From Cellvibrionaceae bacterium (lineage in GTDB: Bacteria > Pseudomonadota > Gammaproteobacteria > Pseudomonadales > Cellvibrionaceae): a stretch of 64,000 nucleotides of DNA. The translations under genes and the position numbers were made by a program. The DNA is taken from NCBI GenBank assembly GCA_034111645.1, contig JAWUWW010000055.1, positions 1,641 to 65,640 of the forward strand, read 5' to 3'. The notes beneath the pieces are model-generated. The model was not told the origin of the DNA. It made no database searches and was given only the letters and a program-made list of their open reading frames with translations. Below are positions 20,019-29,563 of the stretch, piece by piece (within the stretch, counting starts at the first letter, position 1; the number at the start of each line of letters is the position of its first letter).

Positions 20019-20687
20019 ATGGAGCTTATGAATATTGTAACGCCTAAAAATTGGCGCCATTTGCAAAAAAATCACCCCAATAAAATTTTCGCTCTACAAA
20101 AAACTATACCTTCATTTTGCAACACTGTTCGCAATACAAATATTCGACATCTAAGAAAAAAATCCTTCGGCTTTACGCTGCTTAGTTTGCTCACTGCATT
20201 AGCAGTAAGTGGTGTCTTACTCTCTAGCGGTATTCCTGCTATTTCTCATACTTATTTTAACCTTCAAGCTAATAGCAGCTATGAAGAGCTTTTTACCCTA
20301 ATCCAATTTACACGCCTGCAAGCGGTTAGCTATCACTCGCAAGTTTTACTTTGCCCAACTATTGATAATATCAACTGTATAAATGACTGGAGCCAGAGGC
20401 TGATGATCTTTGTCGATACAAATGATGACGAAATTCATAATGCAACTGAAGAGTTGCTAAGAATAAAAACAAAACTTAACAAAGATGAGACTATAAAATG
20501 GAACGCGTCAGGCAGCAGGCGCTACCTTCGCTTTAAAGCAGATGGCTCTACCGGCAACCAAAATGGTCGCCTAAGTTACTGCCTAATAAAAAATGAAGAG
20601 CTATACGCCAAGCAAATCATTATGACCATGGCCGGACGCGCTAGGCGCGGGAGCCAAGAAAAAGCAATTGAAAAATGTAATTCTTAA
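20019..20687 (+). CDS. fimT: FimT/GspH-family type IV minor pilin (non-canonical N-terminus)
   Basis: Class III signal-like segment KKSFG|FTLLSLLTALAVSG, a GspH-like body (LLCPT...C..DW...MIFVD.N.D) and a C-terminal AGRARRG tail. It sits after pilSR next to the fimU operon. The leader is unusually long and +5 is Ser. Confidence 0.7.
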   Translation: MELMNIVTPKNWRHLQKNHPNKIFALQKTIPSFCNTVRNTNIRHLRKKSFGFTLLSLLTALAVSGVLLSSGIPAISHTYFNLQANSSYEELFTLIQFTRLQAVSYHSQVLLCPTIDNINCINDWSQRLMIFVDTNDDEIHNATEELLRIKTKLNKDETIKWNASGSRRYLRFKADGSTGNQNGRLSYCLIKNEELYAKQIIMTMAGRARRGSQEKAIEKCNS

Positions 20688-20692
20688 AACAA

Positions 20693-21136
20693 TTAGCGCC
20701 AACAGTCGCTGACAATTGCACCAGTTTCTACTCCTTTAGCACCACGTAGACCTGTATTACGTAGCGTTAATACGCCACAGGTCGTATCAGTTATTGCTGG
20801 TGTTACTGAAATGATGTATGTGGTATCACCATTAGCTGCAACGGTAGCAACTGCGCCTGTATAATTACCATTTTCACTGCTCGCTGACATGCTTAACCCA
20901 GTGTTACCGGTAGCGGTCAGGCTATTTGCATAACGGCTAAACTGGGTAAAGTGACGCTCTTGCCTCGAGGCGATATCAAGTGCAAAAGCTTTGCCTTCTG
21001 CACGACGGCCATTTTCGGTATACGCATTGTACGAAGGGATAGCAACACTGGCTAAAATACCAATAATAACGACAACAACCATTAACTCGATTAATGAAAA
21101 GCCTGAGTGTTTTTTTAAAACTAATTTCATAACCAT
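20693..21136 (-). CDS. pilE: Type IV pilin PilE (last gene of the minor-pilin operon)
   Basis: Prepilin signal KKHSG|FSLIELMVVVVIIGILASVAIPSY. 147 aa, with a C-terminal Cys pair (C120...C145). Confidence 0.8.
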   Translation of the reverse strand: MVMKLVLKKHSGFSLIELMVVVVIIGILASVAIPSYNAYTENGRRAEGKAFALDIASRQERHFTQFSRYANSLTATGNTGLSMSASSENGNYTGAVATVAANGDTTYIISVTPAITDTTCGVLTLRNTGLRGAKGVETGAIVSDCWR

Positions 21137-21152
21137 TACTCAATTAAAACAA

Positions 21153-21500
21153 TTATTTACCTAAAATATAAATACTATCGATATTATTTTCCGAGGCATC
21201 ATCGGAGACCTCGATCAAGACGCGCTGGCCTTCTCTTAGTGCATATCGATTAACCAGTTTTTTTTGCGCGTCGTAAATTTTTGTATTTAATTTTAACCGA
21301 TAAACAAAGTCACCAATAGAAATAATCCCTTTATCATTTTCGACATAATCAATAATTTTTGAAGGATCTTCTACATAAAGAATTGGTTTTGAGTTATCGA
21401 CAACACTTTTAGTATTCGCCTGAGCGAATACTAAAGTGGGGCCCATTAGTGCTAATAATAGTATTGATAGAGCAAACTTTTTTGAAATTATAACTTTCAT
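21153..21500 (-). CDS. Small secreted protein in the PilY2 position
   Basis: 115 aa with a cleavable signal peptide (LVFA|QA), located between pilY1 and pilE exactly as pilY2 is in P. aeruginosa. The assignment rests on position and size only. Confidence 0.45.
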   Translation of the reverse strand: MKVIISKKFALSILLLALMGPTLVFAQANTKSVVDNSKPILYVEDPSKIIDYVENDKGIISIGDFVYRLKLNTKIYDAQKKLVNRYALREGQRVLIEVSDDASENNIDSIYILGK

Positions 21501-21513
21501 AACTTATCTCTCA

Positions 21514-24500
21514 TTAACGAAGGATCGACCAAGCTTTTCGACCCGGTGGAATATTTTGTACATTTGATATTTGATCTTGAGTGATTGAGCCATCGATATT
21601 TGTAATTCTTGTTTGCGTGCCATCTTTTGTTGTGTCAAATCCTAAACCTACAGCACCATTATTTAATACAATGGTAGAGGAGGTCTGAGGTACACCAGCG
21701 ACGGTAAAGACTGCAAAGCCAGGTGGTTTGCCCGACACGACATCTAGAGCTGTCAAAAAGCCCGGGATTTGTCCTGCATTACAAACTACTACTCCAGAAG
21801 GCACCGTTGTAATAAAAAATACCAAGGACCCAGAAATAATGGGGTTAATGACCACCCTGCCCCGATCAAATCGATCGGATGTTGGGCCACTTGGGCTCCC
21901 CGCAGGAGCAATTGCACCTGCTAAATCGATATACCAACCAAGATTACGATTAACATCTGGGCTAGCCACTGAATTATAACCTGCAGCATTACCCGTCACT
22001 AATATATTATCCATAGTACCACTGAAGGTTCTGGCTTCAAGATCAGCTTTAGTTAAGTCATCGTTTAAGTAATCGTTAGAAGGTGCTGTCTCCCTAATAG
22101 TATCCCATACACCATAAAAAGACTGATTATCAACGATAGCAGCATCGCCTTCGGCTACAAATTGACCGGTTCCAAATAAAACTAATATATTAGGAGAGGT
22201 GCTTGTGCTTCTTCTTGACGGATGCAGAGTAACGACTGGACGAGTCGTTATTGGCTGACGGCAGTCAGTACAAGGAGTCGCCGTTTGAGTGGCTGGAATT
22301 AATTTTGTTACAAACCAATTTGCATTATTGGTATCTTGAACATTAAACATCCACATATTGCCATGTAAGTCACCCGCATAAATACGATCTGTTTTAAAAT
22401 CGCCATTTAAATCGACTATTGTTGGTTCAGACAGGCCATTACAATCACTGCCAGTATCTGTACATAAACTATTCATGATACTACCTACACCCGTATCTAT
22501 AATTCCATCAGAACCACCTGCGCCTAGTAATGGTAGCCCTGTTTCTAAGTCGATTATAAATAATTTTCCCTTGCCATCACCGACAGAGTTATAACCATTA
22601 CCAACAATCGCAACCCAACTATTATCATTCATTTTAGCTATTTGCGGAAGGCTATAGGTGTAACCTAGATCTTCATGGGTGTATTCAAAACGCACAATTT
22701 CAGCAGCTTTAGCATTAGTCGTTGAAGCGCTGGCAAAAGTGGCGCCTGGGTCAGTCACATCTAATGCATAGATGCCGCGGCCACCATTGCGAAAGCCACC
22801 CACTAAAAAGGTGCGCCAAGCGTCAACAGTCCCTGCTCCGGCACCATCGGCATCAACAAAAACATCGCGTATGGTAGGAGTAGCATCCACAAAAGAATCA
22901 AAGTTATAAGCAGACTGTGCAAGCTGAGGCAACTTAGCGGTTAACATGCCCGGGATATAGGCAAAAACCTCATTACCCGAGTTGCTATTACTAGTAATAG
23001 TGGTGGTCGTTCCAGTGGTTGTGGTATCTACTCTTGCATCGAATGCATGCAGCATACCGTCATTTGCGCCGACATAAACAATGGGTGTACGCGAGCTTTG
23101 AGCAGCTCTAAACGCACTATAAAGATTGGAACCTTCTATTTGATCAGGATAAAGTTCATCGGGTACACCTACAAATTGTGGTGAAGAATTTACAATTGCA
23201 CCTAAATAACGTTTATTGCGATCACGAAAAGCGCTCTCTACTAACCCTGGAGCCACTGGTTCACCATTTATGCCTTGCTCGTGGGTACTGTCGCCTTTTA
23301 TGTAATTGACTAAAGCTCTACCGAACACATTATCGTCTGTTCCAGCCCAGTCAGAAAATGAGGTCCTCTGTGACGTAAAAACACTTTGCTGAGACGCAGA
23401 TAACTGATCAAAAGCAAACTCAACAGCAGGACCACTATTTAAGCTTGACGTTGTACTACTATTAATCGTTACATCCGCAATATCAATTTGCTTCGTAATA
23501 ATATTACGAGTATTGGTATAGCCTGCGGCATTAACTGTTGCGGCATCTATTCCTGTAATATTATTATCGCTTAGTACTTTCTTATTAAGTAAGCCTTGAA
23601 CATTAAAAATTTCATTAGCAGTATCAACAATACCCGCATTATCAAAAGTATAGGTATATACGTTTCCAGTCCAATCTGTAGAATCAAATTCAGTTTGAAA
23701 CACTAAACTATTTTCTTGAATAAAACCTGAGCTAACCGATGAAGCCGCGGTGGTTTGTGTATTTCTTGCATCAATATCATCAAAAAGGTCCTTGATGGAG
23801 CTTACTAATTCTACCGGATTAGAAGAACCTAAAAATTGTCCTCGACCATTCCAAGCGGCGTGGCGCATATCATCAATAGAGTTTGCGGGCCACGTAAAAG
23901 CTGCATCAACATCAGTTGGATCTGCAGTTAACGTACCATTAACACCAAAACCAATGGTGTAAGTTGTCATATGTTGATGATTAATTACATCGTCAACTCC
24001 TCGCCTAATGTCTCTAATCTTAGCCTCATTTGCCAAACTAGGCGCTATATCCCGCTCTAAGTAATACATCGCCACATCAGCTGTGGTACCTGAGAATAGA
24101 TCGGCAAAACTTGCACCATCAAAGGCAGTATTGCCTACCGTATCTGGACTATCGCCATCAGCATCAGCATTGCCAACTGCCGTTGTTACATCCGCAGAAG
24201 CGCGTCCAAAACCATCGGTAAATAAAATAGAGTAGTTAGCTTGGCATGTACCACCATTAGCTGCGTTTAAAATGGGGCTACGATTATCTATCGTATTATC
24301 AGAGGTAAACGTATTAGTATTTTCGGTGGTGTGAGAAGCAGTCGCGGCGGCGGCACCAAAAAAATTAGCAGGCGCAGCTTCATCTTCTTTAAAATATCTA
24401 CTCGCGTCAAGAAGCGACGCACTTAGAAGAGTTCCGCCGTCAGAGCGAGATCTTGCAATCTGATCCAGTAACGCTACTTTATTTTCTCTTGCTGCTATAA

Positions 24501-25287
24501 GTCGATCATTATCTGCTGTCGTTCCATCCCACAAGCTAATATCGTCAATATCTCTTATTCGTATTCCATCGGCCGTATTTCCCCGTAACCCGGCTACACC
24601 AACCCTTGCCTTGCTGTCTTTAACAACGGCTAAAAGACCCGCTTTTGCCACGTTTTGACGACTACGGTAGTAGCTATACCAGTTTGCGAGATTTTGCTTG
24701 TCAACCCCTGTATCTGTGATTTGTCTATAAGTAGCCGCAACACACTCGCCAACATCATATATGCCATCGCCATCATCATTCCATTCCGTATAACCAAAGG
24801 ACTGAACACCATTGCCTAAAGGGTCTTCTAGATTCACCCATCCAGAAATTTCATAGTTAAATGAGGTAGCGGTTTCTCGCCCACGGCCATCCGTTCTATA
24901 AGGATTTATCAATGCTCTAATCGAAGATTGATTGGCAAATTCATCGCCATTATCATCTGTTCCTTTCCAGGGCGTATAGGTAATCGCAGGATTATAAGCA
25001 AGCGTATTGAAACCGAAACACAAGGCCGTATAATCAAAATCACTATCGGGTGTAAGATCGACAAAGCCAGCTCCACCACCGCCAGCACGACGCACATATT
25101 CCCACTGCATACTACCGGAGTCATCTAATAAAAATAAAATGTTAGGCTGAACGTTGGTCTTTATAGCCGCAAAAGGTTTGTTTTGTAAAGGACCAGGTGC
25201 GGCATTGACATTAAAACTGCTCATCAATACAGTAGGTACAACTGTAGAGAGTATTAACGCTGCAAGTGTTCGTGGAGTCTTTTTCAT
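21514..25287 (-). CDS. pilY1: Type IV pilus tip adhesin / biogenesis factor PilY1 (vWA + PilC beta-propeller)
   Basis: Signal peptide, an N-terminal vWA domain with a MIDAS-like LLDDSGSM, and a C-terminal PilY1/PilC propeller with an EF-hand-like Ca site DLNGDFKTDRIYAGD. 1257 aa. Confidence 0.9.
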   Translation of the reverse strand: MKKTPRTLAALILSTVVPTVLMSSFNVNAAPGPLQNKPFAAIKTNVQPNILFLLDDSGSMQWEYVRRAGGGGAGFVDLTPDSDFDYTALCFGFNTLAYNPAITYTPWKGTDDNGDEFANQSSIRALINPYRTDGRGRETATSFNYEISGWVNLEDPLGNGVQSFGYTEWNDDGDGIYDVGECVAATYRQITDTGVDKQNLANWYSYYRSRQNVAKAGLLAVVKDSKARVGVAGLRGNTADGIRIRDIDDISLWDGTTADNDRLIAARENKVALLDQIARSRSDGGTLLSASLLDASRYFKEDEAAPANFFGAAAATASHTTENTNTFTSDNTIDNRSPILNAANGGTCQANYSILFTDGFGRASADVTTAVGNADADGDSPDTVGNTAFDGASFADLFSGTTADVAMYYLERDIAPSLANEAKIRDIRRGVDDVINHQHMTTYTIGFGVNGTLTADPTDVDAAFTWPANSIDDMRHAAWNGRGQFLGSSNPVELVSSIKDLFDDIDARNTQTTAASSVSSGFIQENSLVFQTEFDSTDWTGNVYTYTFDNAGIVDTANEIFNVQGLLNKKVLSDNNITGIDAATVNAAGYTNTRNIITKQIDIADVTINSSTTSSLNSGPAVEFAFDQLSASQQSVFTSQRTSFSDWAGTDDNVFGRALVNYIKGDSTHEQGINGEPVAPGLVESAFRDRNKRYLGAIVNSSPQFVGVPDELYPDQIEGSNLYSAFRAAQSSRTPIVYVGANDGMLHAFDARVDTTTTGTTTTITSNSNSGNEVFAYIPGMLTAKLPQLAQSAYNFDSFVDATPTIRDVFVDADGAGAGTVDAWRTFLVGGFRNGGRGIYALDVTDPGATFASASTTNAKAAEIVRFEYTHEDLGYTYSLPQIAKMNDNSWVAIVGNGYNSVGDGKGKLFIIDLETGLPLLGAGGSDGIIDTGVGSIMNSLCTDTGSDCNGLSEPTIVDLNGDFKTDRIYAGDLHGNMWMFNVQDTNNANWFVTKLIPATQTATPCTDCRQPITTRPVVTLHPSRRSTSTSPNILVLFGTGQFVAEGDAAIVDNQSFYGVWDTIRETAPSNDYLNDDLTKADLEARTFSGTMDNILVTGNAAGYNSVASPDVNRNLGWYIDLAGAIAPAGSPSGPTSDRFDRGRVVINPIISGSLVFFITTVPSGVVVCNAGQIPGFLTALDVVSGKPPGFAVFTVAGVPQTSSTIVLNNGAVGLGFDTTKDGTQTRITNIDGSITQDQISNVQNIPPGRKAWSILR

Positions 25288-25329
25288 AGTTCACCTCGGC
25301 TATTGGCCGTATCTCGATCTATCATGTAA

Positions 25330-25977
25330 TTACTTATCAGTAGAGTAAATACTTTGTAGTACTGAATAAATTCTGTCGTTTTGACCGTACCCTATTGCGG
25401 TAACACGAAAGGCATGAGGTATTTGGGGAATATCTTCAGAGACCTCGACACTGACATCTATGTTTAACGCAGGCTGATTTAGGGGCAACAAACCAATGTA
25501 TTCGATCATGTAGCGCGGTGGAGTTTGAGTGCGTCCCGCCGCTGAAATTTTTGCTGCCGCAGTTGCCGCTTGTGAAAATGCAGGGGTAGTCGTCCAAGAA
25601 CTTGCATCGGTCACCACAAAAGCATTAGGCAGGAGCTCTAGATCAAAGCCACTAGTCTTTACTGCTACTCGCAACTCATCACCGGCTGGATTAAATGCTG
25701 TGGCTATAGCAGGCCCAACATTGCCAACAGTGCCAAACAGTGCCTCTAATCTAGCCTCCGCCTCGCGCAGACCAGACTCTGCATTTTGGCGAGCTAATGA
25801 TGACTGCCTGGAATTGCTAGCCATACGCTCTTGCAATAACGACCCCGTCGACAAAGTCACACCAATCACTGTAAGCGCGAGCAGCATAATCAGCGATACA
25901 ACTAAAATAACGCCTTGTTGTCGCCGATAAGCACGTTTAAAAATAGTAAGTTTGTTACTTGTCATTTTTTTACCCAT
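25330..25977 (-). CDS. pilX: Type IV minor pilin PilX
   Basis: PilX_N-type hydrophobic N-terminus RRQQG|VILVVSLIMLLALTVIG without Glu5 (typical for PilX/GspK-like proteins). It lies between pilW and pilY1. Confidence 0.75.
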   Translation of the reverse strand: MGKKMTSNKLTIFKRAYRRQQGVILVVSLIMLLALTVIGVTLSTGSLLQERMASNSRQSSLARQNAESGLREAEARLEALFGTVGNVGPAIATAFNPAGDELRVAVKTSGFDLELLPNAFVVTDASSWTTTPAFSQAATAAAKISAAGRTQTPPRYMIEYIGLLPLNQPALNIDVSVEVSEDIPQIPHAFRVTAIGYGQNDRIYSVLQSIYSTDK

Positions 25978-26043
25978 AAATCATCAGCTACTTTTAAGAG
26001 GCCAATCTCTATGCCTTTAGGTTTTATTATCACGCCTGTTTTA

Positions 26044-27117
26044 TTACAGGCGATTAAACAAATTAAAGGTGCGAGAGTAGGTTTTTACGATTAATCCACC
26101 TGCAGTTTGATCTATATTATTGCCAACGGTATTGACGTTATCGATAGAGTTAAAAGCCATTGTGACTCTCATTCGATCGACTAATGCAGTTTGTGCAGCA
26201 TTAGGGGCATCAGCAAAACGTAAATTACCGGCATTATCAGTCCAGCCGTATTGTACTTGAATATCATGAACTCCCTGAGCGAGTTCCTGTCTAGTACCAG
26301 ATGCATCGGCTCTAAAGAGCGCACAATTCTCTTGACCTAAGGCAGGTGGCGCTGGAGCACTTATACAGGCTGTAGCTGCAGCTGCTGACGTACCAACAGA
26401 GTACTCGTACGCGCCCGTTTTACCGCCATACAAATAAAATGGCGACACCACATTAGCCGCAGAAGCCGCAGTATTAAGAATAAAAGACGATATATTTTTA
26501 TCAAAGCCTGCAGCGTGAGAGATAACACCACTACCAGGATTGACTGTGACGGAAAAAATAGCACCCTGAAAACAATTACTCACTGCAACAATGTCGCCAA
26601 CAGCTAGCAAGGCAGCATCGGCAGCAGAGACAGTCACACTACTCGCAGCAATATCAACAACATCGAGCCGAATCGCATTATCGACATAGCCTATACTCAA
26701 TTCATCAGTGCCTGGCGCTCTGGCATTTGCGGGGGCAGGAGCTGTTCCAGCATCAGGTGCATTACTGATACGAACAGGCGTTAAAAAATCGAAGGGGTCG
26801 CCAGTAAGCGTACCCACCTCAGATACAATCGGTACATTAGCAGAATAGCTAGCCCCTGCTACTGACGAGCTTATACAACCTAAGTTACCAGATTGTGAAA
26901 TATCATCGGCAATCCGAGAAAAAACAAAACGTACATTCTCTTGAATTCTTGATGAGCCACTAACAGCTACCGCATTTTGGCTAGAGGTGCTAAAGAGTTG
27001 TAACACGCCGCCCATAATAAACAGACCGATTAACATAGAAACTAATAGCTCTATTAAACCGATACCCGATTGCTTGGCTAAATTTAGGCATTGTCTTGTT
27101 GTTATGAATTGATTCAT
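26044..27117 (-). CDS. pilW: Type IV minor pilin PilW
   Basis: Prepilin signal KQSG|IGLIELLVSMLIGLF. 357 aa, with an ATGA overlap with the pilV stop. Confidence 0.85.
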   Translation of the reverse strand: MNQFITTRQCLNLAKQSGIGLIELLVSMLIGLFIMGGVLQLFSTSSQNAVAVSGSSRIQENVRFVFSRIADDISQSGNLGCISSSVAGASYSANVPIVSEVGTLTGDPFDFLTPVRISNAPDAGTAPAPANARAPGTDELSIGYVDNAIRLDVVDIAASSVTVSAADAALLAVGDIVAVSNCFQGAIFSVTVNPGSGVISHAAGFDKNISSFILNTAASAANVVSPFYLYGGKTGAYEYSVGTSAAAATACISAPAPPALGQENCALFRADASGTRQELAQGVHDIQVQYGWTDNAGNLRFADAPNAAQTALVDRMRVTMAFNSIDNVNTVGNNIDQTAGGLIVKTYSRTFNLFNRL

Positions 27118-27770
27118 GGAAGTCTAACCTCCATCTGAAAACAGTTATTTAAAGTACAAGTAGCATCAGTAGCATCTTCAATAACCCGGTCTTGATCCCA
27201 CATCACTTGAACTCGATAAAAAGCAGGTACTGCACCCGCTGCTGCAGTCCATAAAACCAAACCTCGACCACTAGGGAGCGACGAATCTCTGATTATTCTG
27301 AGCCATTCGTTTTGATTATAAGCTTTTGCTGCTGCCGGAGCGCAGCCTGCAGCGCTCGTGGGATCACAGGCTGCAGCATTAGGCAAATCACTTTTTTCAA
27401 CGTCGATGTCGCCGTAGCTGCCTGTTCTTATATCGGCATTTGCAAGTGGTGAACTGGCAACACTGGTCGTTGCAATAATTCTATCTGCCATGTCTTGTGC
27501 AATTAATTGGGCTTCGGTCACAAAGTTTGCACGTTGATTGCCATTAAGGCCATTTGCTTGAAGGCTTAACATGCCTAACAAACCGACCCCTAAAATCAAT
27601 AGCGACACCATCACCTCGATCAAGCCAGAACCTCTATGAGATGCTTTCAAAGACCTACTTTGACATATTGAGGTCGGCGAGAGCTCAACTGAACTTAGCG
27701 ACTTTTTATTTTTTAAATTGTTCATCATAAATAAACTCAAAATACGCTTAATTAATAGAGGTATAACCAT
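27114..27770 (-). CDS. pilV: Type IV minor pilin PilV
   Basis: Signal HRG|SGLIEVMVSLLILGVGLLGMLSLQ, typical of PilV. The ORF-track start (27770) overlaps the fimU 3' end by 23 nt. In-frame ATGATG at 27728 or a TTG giving the leader MKASHRG are more plausible starts. Confidence 0.8.
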   Translation of the reverse strand: MVIPLLIKRILSLFMMNNLKNKKSLSSVELSPTSICQSRSLKASHRGSGLIEVMVSLLILGVGLLGMLSLQANGLNGNQRANFVTEAQLIAQDMADRIIATTSVASSPLANADIRTGSYGDIDVEKSDLPNAAACDPTSAAGCAPAAAKAYNQNEWLRIIRDSSLPSGRGLVLWTAAAGAVPAFYRVQVMWDQDRVIEDATDATCTLNNCFQMEVRLP

Positions 27771-28242
27771 TAGCCGAGATGCTAATTACTGCCGCATTTG
27801 TTGAGGCTGCTGTCGAGTCAACGGTAAGACTCACAACTGCATTTGCTCTATTTTCACCTAACTCGTTAAAACCAACGCAATTAGCTCCAGTGATAGTGAC
27901 ATTATCTGCAGTAATATCGACCTGCCTGAGAATCTCTTCGCCTCCATCTAGGGCGCAATCAGCATCTGTATCTAGAAAAACATTCCAACCTATTTGACCG
28001 CCACCTATTGCCGCAACTGATACATTGTCGACCCTCGCAACCGCCTCGCCTCGAGCATATGCTAGCGAGTTAGCTAACTTTTCGGCACCTGCATTAAGAG
28101 TGACGTTACCTAATAAGCCCTGTAGACCAGGTATCCCAACCGCAAAAACAACGCCTATAATAAATACCGTGACAATTAGCTCTATTAAGGTAAAACCTTT
28201 AAGCTTTTTAATTTGCCGATCACGTGTTGTTTGAGTGCACAT
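27748..28242 (-). CDS. fimU: Type IV minor pilin FimU (GspH family)
   Basis: Prepilin signal KKLKG|FTLIELIVTVFIIGV. It is the first gene of the fimU-pilVWXY1(Y2)E operon. Confidence 0.8.
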   Translation of the reverse strand: MCTQTTRDRQIKKLKGFTLIELIVTVFIIGVVFAVGIPGLQGLLGNVTLNAGAEKLANSLAYARGEAVARVDNVSVAAIGGGQIGWNVFLDTDADCALDGGEEILRQVDITADNVTITGANCVGFNELGENRANAVVSLTVDSTAASTNAAVISISANGYTSIN

Positions 28243-28548
28243 ATAAAATTCTCTTTTGATGAAAACATTATAACTGCCAATAAACCAAGCTCCACCTATT
28301 GCTAGATGAATGGTTGATTTTTAGAGATTAGAAGGCTGAGAGATAAGGTTAATGGTAGGTACGTCACATTTTTAATCGGCGACAAGACACAATTCACCAC
28401 TGAAAACTGCTAAATTTACATCTTATTTTGATAGCGATCTGATGACTTTTTTGACGAAAATGATGAAAAATTGCTATGGAATATTAATACCTGCGATTAA
28501 CACTAGAATTATGAATCGCGAGATAAATTTAATCATTTGTAGATATTT

Positions 28549-29496
28549 TTAGCGACGCAGCTCTTTTGGCAATGAAAAACTAATGTTTTCTGGCTCGCCA
28601 TGTATTTCTTGCGGCTCTTCTGCTCCGAGGGCTTTAAGGGTATCTATCACCTCTTTGACTAATATTTCAGGGGCAGATGCGCCCGCTGTAACACCAATGG
28701 CGCGTTTACCCTCTAACCACTGCGCTTTTACTTGCGATGCATTATCGACAAGATATGCCTCTGCGCCGCAACGCTGGGCTAGCTCGCGCAAACGATTTGA
28801 GTTTGAGCTATTGGGCGAACCGACCACCAACACTAAATCACACTCTAATGCTAGTTGCTTGACGGCATCTTGGCGGTTTTGCGTGGCATAGCAGATATCG
28901 TCTGTTTTAGGGCCTTGGATTTCGGGGAATTTTGCACGCAAGGCGGCTATTACCTTAGCGGTATCATCCATAGATAACGTCGTCTGAGTCACATAAAACA
29001 ATAACTCTGGGTTTTTCACTTGCAGGCTAGCGACATCGAGCTCGCTCTCTACCAAATAGATATGTCCACCCGAATCAGAATTATACTGCCCCATGGTACC
29101 CTCGACCTCTGGGTGCCCCTGATGACCAATCAGAATACATTCTGAAGCACTACTGCTATAGCGCGTAACTTCTAAATGCACTTTTGTTACTAATGGGCAA
29201 GTCGCATCAAAAACTTTTAACTCGCGCTCGCTCGCATTTTTTTTAACCGCTTTTGAGACCCCATGAGCGCTAAAAATAACGATCTTATCATCGGGCACTT
29301 CATCTAATTCATCGACAAAAATAGCGCCGCGTTCACGCAGACTATCGACCACAAATTTATTATGTACAACCTCATGACGAACATAGATAGGGGGGCCATA
29401 TATATCAAGCGCACGGTTGACAATATCGATAGCACGATCAACACCCGCACAAAAACCTCTTGGATTAGCTAACTTAATTTGTGCGCCCATGGACAT
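28549..29496 (-). CDS. ispH: 4-hydroxy-3-methylbut-2-enyl diphosphate reductase IspH (LytB)
   Basis: Motifs [37 protein letters not shown] and SSNSNRL are present. It is the last gene of ileS-lspA-fkpB-ispH. Confidence 0.95.
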   Translation of the reverse strand: MSMGAQIKLANPRGFCAGVDRAIDIVNRALDIYGPPIYVRHEVVHNKFVVDSLRERGAIFVDELDEVPDDKIVIFSAHGVSKAVKKNASERELKVFDATCPLVTKVHLEVTRYSSSASECILIGHQGHPEVEGTMGQYNSDSGGHIYLVESELDVASLQVKNPELLFYVTQTTLSMDDTAKVIAALRAKFPEIQGPKTDDICYATQNRQDAVKQLALECDLVLVVGSPNSSNSNRLRELAQRCGAEAYLVDNASQVKAQWLEGKRAIGVTAGASAPEILVKEVIDTLKALGAEEPQEIHGEPENISFSLPKELRR

Positions 29497-29563
29497 TCTC
29501 GATAACTTTTTTAGATCAATTTTTACGTTGTTAAATTAACTAACGTCAATTGATGATTTGATA

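Noticed and set aside
25529-25930. 133-aa plus-strand ORF
   Set aside because: It is antisense to pilX. The Ala/Ser/Arg-rich product is typical of a shadow frame.
20693-28242. Impression that the fimU-pilE operon is more GC-rich than its surroundings (horizontal acquisition)
   Set aside because: Hand counts of a few 60-nt lines gave 40-58% in pilW/pilY1, but similar values in ileS and about 45% in fimT. Without a proper windowed GC or codon-usage computation, the difference is not established. The Ala/Gly-rich composition of the pilins could explain it.
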